Source: Thermoplasmatota archaeon (GTDB lineage Archaea; Thermoplasmatota; E2; JACPAO01; JAHFTW01). From it: DNA of 64,000 nt. Below, piece after piece: positions 20,229 to 30,349 of this stretch (its first letter is position 1; each line of letters opens with the position of its first letter). The stretch is taken from the NCBI GenBank assembly GCA_041601615.1, contig JBFIHX010000003.1, positions 128,001 to 192,000 of the forward strand, read 5' to 3'. The notes beneath the pieces were generated by a model. It was not told the DNA's origin. It saw nothing but the letters and a program-made list of their open reading frames with translations, and made no database searches. The position numbers and the translations under genes were made by a program.

Positions 20229-21233
20229 CTACTCCTCGCAAGCACCCTGACTATCGCCGTGGTTCTCGTGCCCTGCGCGTGCGTGGTCGTTGACGGTCAT
20301 GGTTTTCTCGCCTGCTTGGCCGGGGCGGTGGCAGATGAGGTATTCGTCGGGGACCTGGCTGAGCCAATCGTCGCCATAGCCGGGGCCCCCGAGGCTTGCG
20401 TCTAGGGTCGGGTGTCCGCTTTCGTGGCAGTATGCGACGCGGTCGGTGGTTGTGTCGCTGCCGTTGTTGCCTTCGATGAGTCCGTTGGCGACGGCGTTGG
20501 CTTCGCTGAGGATCTTGGCTTCGGCGGCGGCAAACGCGATGGGGTCGCTGTCGGTGTCGGCGAGAAGTTGGGCGTTGGTCCAGGCGTTTTCTCTCCAGCT
20601 GATGAGGAGTTCCACGACGGGGTAGTCCATGGGGCCAACGCCGTCGCTGTCGCGGGCTTGGCTGGGGTCGTAGCGAGCACCAAGTTCGTCGCCGATCGGG
20701 ACGATGACGTTCCAGAAGGCGTCGTTGACGCGGTCGTATTCGTCTTTGAGACCGGCTTGCGGTAGGCCCATGTCGTAGGCGCTGTAGGCGAGGTCATAGT
20801 TGACGTGGGCGCTCATGCCGAGTAGGAGGTCTTCGGTGACGGTGCTGGTGCCGGTTTCGGCGTGTTGGAACGCTTTTTGCCAGGGTTCTGGGACGCTTCC
20901 GGTGCCGTCGTGGTGGGCATCGTAGGCGTCGAAGTAGCGTTGGGCGAAGTTCATGTCCCAGTCGACGAGGAATGGGTTGTCTTCGAAGTGGCTGGCGGCG
21001 ACGAGGTCGCCTACTTTGGCGGTGGTGATGAGGTAGAGGAGTCCGAAGATGGCGTCGGGGTCGCATTGTTGGTCGATGGCGGCCCAGCGTGCGTGCATTT
21101 CGGTCCCGACGTTGATGTAGTTGTCCAGGTCGCTTTGGGCGGCGTGGATGGGTTCGTCGGCTGCGCCTGGAGAGTTGAGGCTCTCAATGCTGCCGGCTAG
21201 TAAGACGGAGATTGCGATGATCACCCAGCGCAT
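20229..21233 (-). CDS. Secreted DUF5995-like protein with C-terminal His/Cys module
   Basis: Signal peptide; FGLLY..T, FAQRYFDA, P.PW..AF, LLLGMSAHVNYDL; tail ICHRP..T..V..HA..H..HGD..GAC. Confidence 0.7.
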   Translation of the reverse strand: MRWVIIAISVLLAGSIESLNSPGAADEPIHAAQSDLDNYINVGTEMHARWAAIDQQCDPDAIFGLLYLITTAKVGDLVAASHFEDNPFLVDWDMNFAQRYFDAYDAHHDGTGSVPEPWQKAFQHAETGTSTVTEDLLLGMSAHVNYDLAYSAYDMGLPQAGLKDEYDRVNDAFWNVIVPIGDELGARYDPSQARDSDGVGPMDYPVVELLISWRENAWTNAQLLADTDSDPIAFAAAEAKILSEANAVANGLIEGNNGSDTTTDRVAYCHESGHPTLDASLGGPGYGDDWLSQVPDEYLICHRPGQAGEKTMTVNDHARAGHENHGDSQGACEE

Positions 21234-21363
21234 AGTGCGGCAAATGGGCTCTGGTCCTTCAATGCTTGCGTAGGGCCGATTCGGACTTCTGCCCCGGGCG
21301 GGGGTGGGTGGCACTGGGTTGCTTATTTTTGCCGGCGTACTGGCGGCGTTTGTGTCGGAGTCG

Positions 21364-22020
21364 ATGCAGTTGCAGAATCCGTTCCATCGAGGGGCGGAGG
21401 CGTTTTCGTTCTGGACGCATGGTATTGGGGTCTTGTTTGCGGTGGCGGGCCTTGTGTACTTGGTCGCGGCGGCCGAGGGGGCGCGGGCGGTGGCTGCGTT
21501 TGCGGTGTATGGGGTGACGCTCATCATGCTCTTGTCGGCAAGCACATTGCATCATGCGGTGCAGACGGCGCATGGTCAGGAGCGCAGCGGGTTTTTGCGT
21601 CGCTTGGATCATGTGAGCATCTATCTGTTCATTGCGGGCACCTACACGCCCGTAACGCTGCTTGCGCTGTCGCCGGGTTGGGGTTGGTCGATTTTTGGTG
21701 TGGTGTGGGGCATTGCGGTGGTGGGCATTGCGCTGAAGTTGTGGGCACCGTTTGCGCCGCGCTGGGTCACGAGCGGTGTCTACATTCTCATGGGTTGGGT
21801 GGCGGCGGTGGGCATCCAGCCGCTTTTGGTGGCGTTCCCGGTGGCGGGCTTGGCTTGGATGTTTGCCGGAGGCGTGGTGTATACGGTGGGCGCCGTGGGT
21901 TATGCGACCAAAAAACCGGATTTGTGGCCTCGCGTGGTTGGGTTTCATGGTGTGTGGCATGTGATGGTGCTCGTGGGCGCGGCGCTGCACTTTGTGTTCA
22001 TGGTGCGGTATGTGCTGTAG
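21364..22020 (+). CDS. Hemolysin III / PAQR (TrhA-like) membrane protein
   Basis: E..S.WTH, STLHH, LDHVSIYLFIAGTYTP, YILMGW, GG..YT.GA, FHGVWH. Confidence 0.92.
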   Translation: MQLQNPFHRGAEAFSFWTHGIGVLFAVAGLVYLVAAAEGARAVAAFAVYGVTLIMLLSASTLHHAVQTAHGQERSGFLRRLDHVSIYLFIAGTYTPVTLLALSPGWGWSIFGVVWGIAVVGIALKLWAPFAPRWVTSGVYILMGWVAAVGIQPLLVAFPVAGLAWMFAGGVVYTVGAVGYATKKPDLWPRVVGFHGVWHVMVLVGAALHFVFMVRYVL

Positions 22021-22084
22021 CTCGCCGTGCGTCGGCCTTGCTTGATGGGCACAATCGGTCGATCCTGTTTCCGGCGGAGAGGCG

Positions 22085-22846
22085 CTATTGGATTAGGCCG
22101 TAGAGTAAGCGGGCCAGCAGTGCTACGGCGACGGCGACGAAGAGGGGCCGGACGATGCGTGCGCCGCTGCGGATGTTGAGGTGGCTGCCTGCGAAGGCTC
22201 CGGTCATGGTGGCGGCGGCCATGGTGAGGCCGAGGGTCCAGTCGATGTTGCCGACGCTGGCAAAGAAGGCGAGGGCTCCGAGGTTGCTGGCGAAGTTGAG
22301 GATGCGGCCGTGGGCGGCGGCGCGCAGGAAGGGGAATCCGTGGATGGCTACGAGTCCAAACAGCAGGAAGTTGCCGGTGCCGGGGCCCAAAAATCCGTCG
22401 TAGAAGCCGACGATGAGGGCGAGGATGGCGGTGGCGATGAGGGTGCCAGAGGTGAGGCCGGCGAATCGGTTGGTGCTGCCGAAGGTGGGTCTTGCTAGGA
22501 CGTAGGCGATGATGGCAATCATGACCACGACGACGAGGCCGACGACGATGTCGGCGTCTACTTGCAGGACGGTGATGGCGCCGAGGATGGCGGCGAGGGC
22601 GGCTACGGGGGCGGCGGTCCAGACGAGGCGGGCGTCGAGGAGGCCGGCGCGGGCGTATTGGAGGCTTGCCATGGCGCTGGCTCCGGTGCCTGCGACTTTG
22701 TTGGTGCCGACGGCGAGGTGCGCGGGCATGCCGGTGGCAAGCAGGGCGGGGAGGGTGATGATGCCGCCGCCGCCGACGATGCTGTCGATGAAGCCGGCAA
22801 GGAATCCTGCGAGGGCCAGCAGTAGCAGCAAGAGGGGGCCCTCCAC
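22085..22846 (-). CDS. TSUP (TauE/SafE, YfcA-like) transporter
   Basis: AGFIDSIVGGGGIITLP, AVGTNK, GFYDGFLGPGTG, NFASN. Confidence 0.92.
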   Translation of the reverse strand: MEGPLLLLLLALAGFLAGFIDSIVGGGGIITLPALLATGMPAHLAVGTNKVAGTGASAMASLQYARAGLLDARLVWTAAPVAALAAILGAITVLQVDADIVVGLVVVVMIAIIAYVLARPTFGSTNRFAGLTSGTLIATAILALIVGFYDGFLGPGTGNFLLFGLVAIHGFPFLRAAAHGRILNFASNLGALAFFASVGNIDWTLGLTMAAATMTGAFAGSHLNIRSGARIVRPLFVAVAVALLARLLYGLIQ

Positions 22847-22896
22847 GGGGCTTGGATTTCGTGGGGGTTACAAGTTCTTGCCGAGCGGCTCCGGGG

Positions 22897-25188
22897 TCAT
22901 TCGGGCGTGGAGATGATGTCGGGTTTGGCTTCGGGCACGCCCGCCGCCACGACCTTTGCCCGTTCCAGTTGCAGGGGTGTTCCGAGCAGGATGAGCGTGT
23001 CGCCGGCTTGCAGTTCCATGTCGGCTCGGAAGGGTTGCGGGTGGGGGTTGGTGCCGCGCCAGACGCCGACGACGAGGGTGCCGGTGCGGGCTTTGATGCC
23101 GGCGGCGCCGAGGTTTTGTCCGACCCAGTCGCTGTCGGGGGCGAGTTTCAGTTCAGCGATGCCGGCGGTGACGCTTTGGGCGCTCATGCGGACTGCTTCG
23201 CCGTGGGCTACGACGAATGCTTCGGCGCGGGCTAGTTGGTGTACGTCGCCAAGCAGGACGAGTGTGTCGCCGACTTTGACGCGTTCGTCTGGGCCGGGGT
23301 TGACGGTTTCGTGGCGGCCGCGTTGCAGTACGGCTACGGTGGCGCCGGTGAGTTGGGTGAGGCGGCTTTCTTTGAGGGTCCGGCCGGTGAGTGGGCTGCC
23401 GGGGGGTACGCTGACGGCGATGAATCGGACGCCCCAGGGGTACTTGGAGAGCACTTGGTCGAGGAATTTGGCGGTCTCTACGTCTTGGCCCAGCACGCGG
23501 CCGAGGGTGGTTTCGAGGGTTTGGTGGAACCGGGAGAGGCGGCGCCAGGCGAGTACGAGGACGACGAGGGCGATGAGGCCGGCGCCGGCAAGCACCGGGA
23601 GGGCTTGGGGCAGGCGCAGGCTGACGAGCACCAGTACGAGGAATGCGGAGAGGGCGACCCAGGCGTCGACGAGGCGGACGCGGACCTTTCCTGCTCCTTC
23701 GCGTTCGCCGGGGCGTAGTCCGACGAGGCTCCAGACGAGGTCTCGGTAGGCGCGGTAGGCGCCGAGGGCGAGGGGTGCGGCGATGACGAGGGTGGCGCCG
23801 AGCCAAATGGCGGTGCTGGTGAAGGCGGGGGTGGATGCGGCGCCGGGTAGGCGCACGAGGGGGCGCAGCCAGGCGGAGAGCAGGGAGAGGCCGACGATGA
23901 GGACGGCGTTGGCGGCGAGGGTTCTCAGGGCGGCGCGTCGCACGCCGGTTCCGTCGTTGTCGCGTGGGCCGCGGCGGAGGCCGGCCAGGAGCCAACTGAT
24001 GGGTTTGCGCACTCGACGGGGCAGTCGCCAGACGGATCGTTCGATTGCGGGGGTGGATCGCATCAGGATGGCGGCGATGGGGAGGAGGATGACCATGGCG
24101 CCGATGACGACGGCGCGTAGTTGTGGGTGGGCGATGCCTTGTTTTTCGGAGACTGCGACTAGGATGAGGCTGAATTCGCCGACGGCGCCGAGGGCGAAGG
24201 CGGTGTGGAGTGATCCGCGCAGGGGCAGGCCTGCGGTGAGGGCGGCGGGGACGTGGACGAGGAATTTGCTGACGAGGAACACCAGTGCGACTGGTAGGGC
24301 GATGAGGAGTACGGATCCGAGTAGGTGTGCGTCTACGGCGAGGCCGCTGACGAAGAAGAACACGGCTGCGGCGACGTCTCGGATGCCGGTGAGGCTGTTG
24401 CGCACGACGTATCGGCTGCCGCTTTCTGCTGCGGCGACTCCGGCAAGCAGGGCGCCGAGTTCTGCGGAGCCTGCGAGGGCGCCGAGGTAGCCAAACAAGA
24501 CGACCATGCCGAGGGCCCACAAGACCAAAAGGTCGGGGACGTGTCGGCGGGCGACTTCGTCGAGCATCCTTGGGACGACGAGGAGGGCGGCCATGGTGAT
24601 GAGGATCAGCATGAGGCCGAGTCGTCCGATGGCGGTGGCGGGCCCGAGCCAGCCTCCAACTCCGCCGCCGGCCAGTACAACCAGGATGGCGATGAGGGCG
24701 GCTGCGGCCACGTCTTCACTGACAAGTACGCCGATGACTCGTTGGCGGGAGCTTGCGAGGACGCCGGGTTGGGATGCGAATCGTTCGCCAAAGAGGGTGC
24801 TGCTGACGCTGACGGCGATGCCGAGTGCGACGGCTTCGGTGAAGCCCCATCCCATGAGGCGCACGAGGGTGGCGACGGCGATGCCGGGGAGTGCGATGTC
24901 GAAGGGTGTGGTCCAGGCGGTGGATTTGAGGGCTTGGCGAAGGCGGCGCAAGTCGAGTTCGATGCCGATGAAGAACAGCAGGACGAGGACGCCCACTTCG
25001 CTGATGCCTTCGAGGGTGTGGAAGTCGAGTTCTACGAGTCCGGTGGCGCGAAGGAGGATGCCGACGGCGAGGTAGCCGAGGGCACTTGGGAGCGCCATGC
25101 GGTGGGCGAGGATGCCGCCGGCTGCGAGGGAGAGTACCAACAGTGCGGCGGTGGCCAGTTCCGCGATGGGTTTGTACACGTCTTGCAT
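22897..25188 (-). CDS. CPA2 cation:proton antiporter with two TrkA-C (RCK_C) domains
   Basis: GYL.VG, EVGVLVLLFFIGIE, VSST, SED, GEFS; two SPL.G..L...GA.V...GD.L..LG repeats. Confidence 0.9.
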   Translation of the reverse strand: MQDVYKPIAELATAALLVLSLAAGGILAHRMALPSALGYLAVGILLRATGLVELDFHTLEGISEVGVLVLLFFIGIELDLRRLRQALKSTAWTTPFDIALPGIAVATLVRLMGWGFTEAVALGIAVSVSSTLFGERFASQPGVLASSRQRVIGVLVSEDVAAAALIAILVVLAGGGVGGWLGPATAIGRLGLMLILITMAALLVVPRMLDEVARRHVPDLLVLWALGMVVLFGYLGALAGSAELGALLAGVAAAESGSRYVVRNSLTGIRDVAAAVFFFVSGLAVDAHLLGSVLLIALPVALVFLVSKFLVHVPAALTAGLPLRGSLHTAFALGAVGEFSLILVAVSEKQGIAHPQLRAVVIGAMVILLPIAAILMRSTPAIERSVWRLPRRVRKPISWLLAGLRRGPRDNDGTGVRRAALRTLAANAVLIVGLSLLSAWLRPLVRLPGAASTPAFTSTAIWLGATLVIAAPLALGAYRAYRDLVWSLVGLRPGEREGAGKVRVRLVDAWVALSAFLVLVLVSLRLPQALPVLAGAGLIALVVLVLAWRRLSRFHQTLETTLGRVLGQDVETAKFLDQVLSKYPWGVRFIAVSVPPGSPLTGRTLKESRLTQLTGATVAVLQRGRHETVNPGPDERVKVGDTLVLLGDVHQLARAEAFVVAHGEAVRMSAQSVTAGIAELKLAPDSDWVGQNLGAAGIKARTGTLVVGVWRGTNPHPQPFRADMELQAGDTLILLGTPLQLERAKVVAAGVPEAKPDIISTPE

Positions 25189-25256
25189 GGGCTATCAGCG
25201 CTCCCATCAAGCCCGGAGACCACAAGGGCCAAGTTGGCCTCGGGGTCCTTTGCGTC

Positions 25257-26696
25257 ATGCGTGTGTGGCGGGTTGCGATTGCGGTGTCCCTGTTGGTGTC
25301 GTTGGCGGGGGCTGGTTGCTTGGATGCTGGCTCATCGTCCGACGGCCCGGCAATGGGGGCCTTGTTTGAGAGTCCGGATGATCCGATTCTTTTGGAGGGG
25401 TTTGGGCATGATCACCAGGATCCGGCCCAGCATCGTTTTGCTCGCAATGCCAGCGTGGTGTTTCATGATGATTTGATGCGGTTTGGTGGCAGCGTGGAGC
25501 AGCCGGTGGGGGCGCATGCGTTGGCGCTGCACAAGGATCGGGAGTTGCTTGCTGTAGCCGTGAACGGCGCGGAGACGGGAGATGGTCAGCAGGGTGTGCA
25601 TTTGTTTGATGTGTCGGAGCCGCAGGCACCCGTCCATCTGAGTTTTTTCAGTGCCTCTGTGGCAGTCAATGGTGATCGGACGGTGGCGTGGTCAGAGTCT
25701 GGCGATGTGTTGTTTTTGGGCTACGAGGGTGCGGGTCGGCCGGGGGTTGCGGCATTGGACGTACGCACGCCCACGAATCCGTTGCTTGTGGGTTTCTGGG
25801 ACGATCCTTTGGGTTCCGGTAGCCATACGGTTGCGGCCGGCGGCGTGGACGGGGTCCAGTATGTCTTCAGTCTCAGTTACGGTGTGACGATTTTGCAGTA
25901 CGAAAACGGCGTGTTCACGGTGGTGGGCAAGTACGTGACGCAGGATGAGTTGGCGGCTGCGGATGCGGTGTATTATGTCACGGGTGAGCAGGAGGGCAGT
26001 GCGCAGACGTACGCGGTGCGCTCGCTGTACGGGCACGACATGAATTTCTACCTGGATCCCAAGACTGGGACTCCGTTGCTGTTGGTGGCTTATGCCTACG
26101 ATGGTGCTAAGATTCTTGATTTGTCCAATCCGAGCGCTCCTGTGATGATTGGCCGTTTCATGCCGCCTCAGGATTCGGACCACAAGCACTACACGCACAG
26201 CATCACGGCCGAACGGACCCTGGATGGTGCGTTGGTTGTGGTGGTGGGGTCCGAGACGTTTGAGCCTGCCAATCAGCCGATTGCGAGTCCGGTTTGGATT
26301 TTGGACGCGACGGAGACGTTGGAGGGGTTGCCGATGCAGAACCAGCCCCTGCACCTTGGCACCTGGCGCAACCCGGGCGGTGCGGCGGCGGGTGATCTTG
26401 GTTTGAGTGTGCATTTTTTCCGCCAGGAGGCCGGGTTGTTGTATCTGAGTCACTACCACGGAGGTGTCTGGGCCGTGGATGTTCGGACCGAGGCGGCAAG
26501 GGCGGCACCGGAGGCATTTGCGTACTTGATGCCGGTGCCTGAAGATGCAATTCGCGCTCCGGACGATTGTTGCATCGGCTTTGACCTGGACGGCGTGCCG
26601 ATGGTGTTCGATGTGGAGGTGCTGAATGGCACGGTGTTTGCGGCGGATCTGATTCAGGGTCTCGTGGTTGCCGAATTCCAGGTGCCCGAAGCGTAG
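25257..26696 (+). CDS. LVIVD-repeat beta-propeller lipoprotein
   Basis: GAGC lipobox; repeated FDVSEP, LDVRTP.NP, LDLSNP.AP, YHGGVWAVDV blades. Confidence 0.8.
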   Translation: MRVWRVAIAVSLLVSLAGAGCLDAGSSSDGPAMGALFESPDDPILLEGFGHDHQDPAQHRFARNASVVFHDDLMRFGGSVEQPVGAHALALHKDRELLAVAVNGAETGDGQQGVHLFDVSEPQAPVHLSFFSASVAVNGDRTVAWSESGDVLFLGYEGAGRPGVAALDVRTPTNPLLVGFWDDPLGSGSHTVAAGGVDGVQYVFSLSYGVTILQYENGVFTVVGKYVTQDELAAADAVYYVTGEQEGSAQTYAVRSLYGHDMNFYLDPKTGTPLLLVAYAYDGAKILDLSNPSAPVMIGRFMPPQDSDHKHYTHSITAERTLDGALVVVVGSETFEPANQPIASPVWILDATETLEGLPMQNQPLHLGTWRNPGGAAAGDLGLSVHFFRQEAGLLYLSHYHGGVWAVDVRTEAARAAPEAFAYLMPVPEDAIRAPDDCCIGFDLDGVPMVFDVEVLNGTVFAADLIQGLVVAEFQVPEA

Positions 26697-26701
26697 GGCG
26701 G

Positions 26702-27343
26702 CTAGTCGTGGGGCCGTTCGACGATGATCATCAGCGTGCCTTCGTGGCAGTTGATTTTGGCGCCGTCGGCGACGATTTCGTTGGAGAGGCCGCGGGCGCT
26801 GGGTTGTTCGAGGCGCAATTCGGTCGCTTCCCATTTGGTGCCAACGACGCTGAAGGTGGCGGGGCCGTCGATGGGCAGGAGGTTGAGGGTGCTGCCGGTG
26901 CGGCCGGCAAGGGCGAGTTCGCCGCCGGGGCTGAGGTAGCGGATGGATTCGCCGTGGCCGATCATCACGGCGTCGAGGCCGCGGTCGTGGCAGCGGCGAA
27001 GGAGTTTGAGGTTGGCTAGGAAGTGGCTGGTGCGGCCGCCGTGGGCGCCAAGGAACATCACGGTGTCGGGTAGCCGTTCGAGGACCTTTGCGAGCGCCAG
27101 TTCGCCGTCGGTTTCGTCCTTGCCGGCGGGATAGCGTTCGATGGGAATGTCGAGTGCTTCGGCCCACTTGTAGGCCTCCGGGTCGAGGCTGTCGAGGTCG
27201 CCCACGATCAAGTCGGGGGGTCGTTCTGCTTGCAGAAGGGATTTGGCTCCGCCGTCGGCCGCAATGACGCTGTCGCAGGCGTCGAGCAGTTTCAGCTCGT
27301 GCGGGGTGGGGGGGTCGCCAGCAAGGACGAGTCCGATGCGCAC
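26702..27343 (-). CDS. thiN: Thiamine diphosphokinase
   Basis: AADGGA, PDLIVGDLDS, KDETDGELAL, GA.GGR..H.LANL, GLSNE. Confidence 0.93.
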   Translation of the reverse strand: MRIGLVLAGDPPTPHELKLLDACDSVIAADGGAKSLLQAERPPDLIVGDLDSLDPEAYKWAEALDIPIERYPAGKDETDGELALAKVLERLPDTVMFLGAHGGRTSHFLANLKLLRRCHDRGLDAVMIGHGESIRYLSPGGELALAGRTGSTLNLLPIDGPATFSVVGTKWEATELRLEQPSARGLSNEIVADGAKINCHEGTLMIIVERPHD

Positions 27344-27558
27344 GAACCGGGGACTGCCGCGCCGGGTGCTTAAAGCTGGACGGGCAACGCTGATGAATGG
27401 GGCTTGCTCGGGCGGGGTCTCGAGTGAGGGTTCGGGTGGGCGTTGAGGCCGGTCCCTGGAGTTTGGTCCGGGGCGCTGCAAAGGGGGAATCGGAGCGGGG
27501 GAAAGGTGGCGGAAGGGGGTTGGATAAGGGGGGTGAGGTTGGTGTTCCGTTTCCTGTC

Positions 27559-28449
27559 CTAGATGGGCAGGCTCGTGATGGGTGCGGCGGTGCCGATGGT
27601 GACACTGGGGCCGCCATTGGCTGCGGCGTAGGCGAGGGCCTTTTGGATGGAGCCGATGCCGTTGCTGCCGGCGAGCGGAGCAATTTGCAGGGTGCTGGTT
27701 ACACCCCATGCGCAGTGGCTTGCGTTCATGTAGCCGCTGCCGGAGTCGCCGGGAATGCCGGGGCTCATCATGTAGACGTTGGTGGACCAGCCGCCGCCGG
27801 CGCTCGTGGCCGTGGTGCCGACCTTGGGCGAGAGCACGTCGATGTTGAAGCGTAGGCCGCTGTTGCCGTAGCTCATGATGTATTGTCCAATGCTGGTCGG
27901 GTTGGCGCAGAGGGCGGTGGGGCCGCCAAAGTGCAAGACGCTCGGGCTGACGCGGTAGTGGTCGCGGGAGTCGATCTTGACGAGGGCGAAGTCGTTGTAG
28001 GAACAGTCGCTGGCGGTGGGGGTGGCGCCGGGTTGTTGCATGGCGCGCCAGCTGCTGTAGGCCAAGGATCCAGCGTGGAGGGCTCCTTCGATGGAGACCG
28101 GGGTGCCTAGGGCGCGGCTGCCGGTGGTGCAGCCGTTGGTGCTGGTGGCGCCTCCGGTGCCGGCGCAGTGCGCGGCGTATCCGATGTAGATATCGAAGTC
28201 GATGGGGTTGGAGCTGGTTTGTTCGTAGTAAATGAAATTGCTCGTGCACTGGGAGCCGCTGGTGACCATTTGGACACCGGGGCGGATGGCGGCGCTGGAG
28301 ACGGAGGCCCAGTTGGGGGTTGCCGTGGGCGCATCCACGGAGGGAAGGTCTTGGAGGTCGGTTGGTTCGAAGGCGCCGACGGGGAGGCCGAGGGCGGTGG
28401 TGGCGACGAGCAACGAGAGTGCTGCGAGTAAGGTCCGAATAGATCTCAT
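27559..28449 (-). CDS. Secreted trypsin-like (S1/PA clan) serine protease
   Basis: Signal peptide; CTSNF, AAHC, DFALV, GIPGDSGS. Confidence 0.88.
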   Translation of the reverse strand: MRSIRTLLAALSLLVATTALGLPVGAFEPTDLQDLPSVDAPTATPNWASVSSAAIRPGVQMVTSGSQCTSNFIYYEQTSSNPIDFDIYIGYAAHCAGTGGATSTNGCTTGSRALGTPVSIEGALHAGSLAYSSWRAMQQPGATPTASDCSYNDFALVKIDSRDHYRVSPSVLHFGGPTALCANPTSIGQYIMSYGNSGLRFNIDVLSPKVGTTATSAGGGWSTNVYMMSPGIPGDSGSGYMNASHCAWGVTSTLQIAPLAGSNGIGSIQKALAYAAANGGPSVTIGTAAPITSLPI

Positions 28450-28578
28450 CAAGCAATGATCGGCCCGTCTTAGTCAATGGTTTTGGAGCGTATTTCTATT
28501 GACCAAACTTGATAGATTCGATCATAAGAATGTACTCCGCGGGCTTCGCGTTGCACAATACCAAACTACATGGTACAT

Positions 28579-29415
28579 TTAGGATAGCGTCCAGCCCACC
28601 AGGCGGACTCCGCGAAGGGAGGGCTCGCGATGGACTTCGTCCAGCATTTCGTCCACGGGAACGAAGAAACTGAAATCGGCGCCCGGAATGGCAAAACTGC
28701 CTCCTTGCGACAGGATGCCTGCGGCCCGTCCGTTGGCAAGCATCAGCGGCGCGCCGCTGTCGCCCTGCATGGAGGGTGGGTCGAGGCGCACGACCAATTG
28801 ATCGCCTTCGGCAAGACCCACGGGCAGGTTGTCGCGGGTTACGAATCGACCCGACTTGACGTTGTCTGGGTCGTTTGGTTCTCGGAGGCTGCTGGCGCCG
28901 TAGGTGATGACTTCGGAGCCTGGGACCAGGGTGCTCGTGTCGGCGACTCCGGTTGGGCCGCCCCAGTATTCAACGGATGGGTGGGTGCGGTCGCGGATGC
29001 CGGCAAGATTGCGGATGGCCACGAGAGCGAAGTCGCGGCGCAGGTCCTCGCCGTCGGCCCAGCCATCGAATGCCACGTCGCCCACATGCACCATGCGACC
29101 ATTCCGGTCGGCGTAGACGTTGGCACCGAGGCCTTTGCGATCGGCGCCGGAGCCTAGGCAGTGGGCCGAGAACGACAGGTACAGGGTTGCGTTGTCGGCG
29201 GAGGCAAACAGGAAACCCGCCGTGCATTGCAAGGAGGTTCGGTCGTCCAGTGAAACGTAGAGTCTAGTCCCGGGGCGAAGGGTGGCGTCGGACTCGGAGG
29301 GCCATCCCACTTCGGGCCCAACTTCGTCGGGGCCGAACCCGAAGGATCCATCCAGGCACCCGGAAAGGGCAATCACGAGGAGGGCGGCGGCCACGGACCC
29401 GGTCCTGCGCACCAT
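28579..29415 (-). CDS. Lipoprotein trypsin-like serine protease
   Basis: LSGC lipobox; CTAGF, SAHC, DFALV, QGDSGAP. Confidence 0.87.
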   Translation of the reverse strand: MVRRTGSVAAALLVIALSGCLDGSFGFGPDEVGPEVGWPSESDATLRPGTRLYVSLDDRTSLQCTAGFLFASADNATLYLSFSAHCLGSGADRKGLGANVYADRNGRMVHVGDVAFDGWADGEDLRRDFALVAIRNLAGIRDRTHPSVEYWGGPTGVADTSTLVPGSEVITYGASSLREPNDPDNVKSGRFVTRDNLPVGLAEGDQLVVRLDPPSMQGDSGAPLMLANGRAAGILSQGGSFAIPGADFSFFVPVDEMLDEVHREPSLRGVRLVGWTLS

Positions 29416-29488
29416 CCCCACGCTGTCGCTGGGAACATAATCCTTGTCGTGAGGGTATCGAAACGAATGGCGCGGTGGAGTTCCGTAT

Positions 29489-29713
29489 TCAGGCGGTCCA
29501 CAGAGGCGCGTCGTCTGGTGTCTCGTCCAAAGCACGCAACCGCAACGCACGCGCTTCGTCGTGCTCGCGCTGGCTGCGGATAGCTGCCGCGATGAAGTCG
29601 GACCTTCCACGGTATCCAAGCCGCTTGCCGTACCGCTCCATGAAGGCATCCAGTTCCTCCACGATGTCCGTCGGCAACGACACGGGCATGGATGCCCGCT
29701 TGGCTTCCACCAT
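29489..29713 (-). CDS. Ribbon-helix-helix (CopG/NikR N-terminal-like) regulator
   Basis: VSLPTDIVEELD...GYRGRSDFIAAAIR; start uncertain (29713 or 29728). Confidence 0.78.
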   Translation of the reverse strand: MVEAKRASMPVSLPTDIVEELDAFMERYGKRLGYRGRSDFIAAAIRSQREHDEARALRLRALDETPDDAPLWTA

Positions 29714-29884
29714 GGCCCTAGGCACCATGTACTCGAATAAGAGCAAGCCGTACCAAGAGCGGCCCAGCACGACCTCCGTCGGCGTCGAACATCAAACAAC
29801 GCGTGCAATCACAAAACAAGTTGGCTTCATTTGCCCCTTCTTAGCCACGAACCTAATAACCAGACCGTGGGATTCGACAATGAT

Positions 29885-29912
29885 GTCGTGGAACGGAAAT
29901 CGCTTCCACGAC
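29885..29912 (+). promoter_or_regulatory. Inverted repeat directly upstream of the SD of the 29927 gene
   Basis: GTCGTGGAA-N10-TTCCACGAC, followed by GAAGGTGA SD. Confidence 0.5.
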
Positions 29913-29926
29913 GGAAGGTGAGTCAC

Positions 29927-30346
29927 ATGCGAATCCTGTCTCTGGCCCTCGTCCTCTGCCTCGTTCCGAATGTCATGGCCTCGGGGGACCCAGATGGGGT
30001 CCCGGCCGTTCCCATCGTCCCCGGGACGAATGTGAACCTGCCGGATGCGGACCCAGCCTCGATTCCGGTCTGCCCGAAAGTCGAGGAGCCTGATCCAAGC
30101 TTCCCCCTGCATGGGACCTTTGTGGAAGACTGCATGGTCAAGGCATTCGGCGCCGTAGACACGGTCCTGGAGAAGGACCCGTTCATTGTCTGCACGCCGG
30201 CCCGCATCGGGCGGACCTCCAACATCCCATACTTCGGCGTCAACAAGAATGAGGAGTGCATCGACGACCTTGAGGACGCCGCCCGCGACCTCATCCAAGA
30301 TCCAGAAAGTGGTGTCCCCGGCTTCATCGTCCACTTGGGAGGATGA
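29927..30346 (+). CDS. Small secreted protein with two Cys-loop repeats (module copy 2, gene A)
   Basis: Signal peptide MRILSLALVLCLVPNVMA; CPKV..FVEDCM and CTPA..NKNEECI; GGTGA SD. Confidence 0.75.
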   Translation: MRILSLALVLCLVPNVMASGDPDGVPAVPIVPGTNVNLPDADPASIPVCPKVEEPDPSFPLHGTFVEDCMVKAFGAVDTVLEKDPFIVCTPARIGRTSNIPYFGVNKNEECIDDLEDAARDLIQDPESGVPGFIVHLGG

Positions 30347-30349
30347 TCC

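Noticed and set aside
25692-28477. Long Arg/Pro/His-rich ORFs (663 aa and the 5' part of the 591-aa ORF)
   Set aside because: Off-frame artefacts of high GC and skew; only the thiN portion (26702-27343) is supported
28579-29808. 409-aa protease ORF including an N-terminal extension
   Set aside because: The extension overlaps the RHH gene in another frame; the lipoprotein signal begins at 29415
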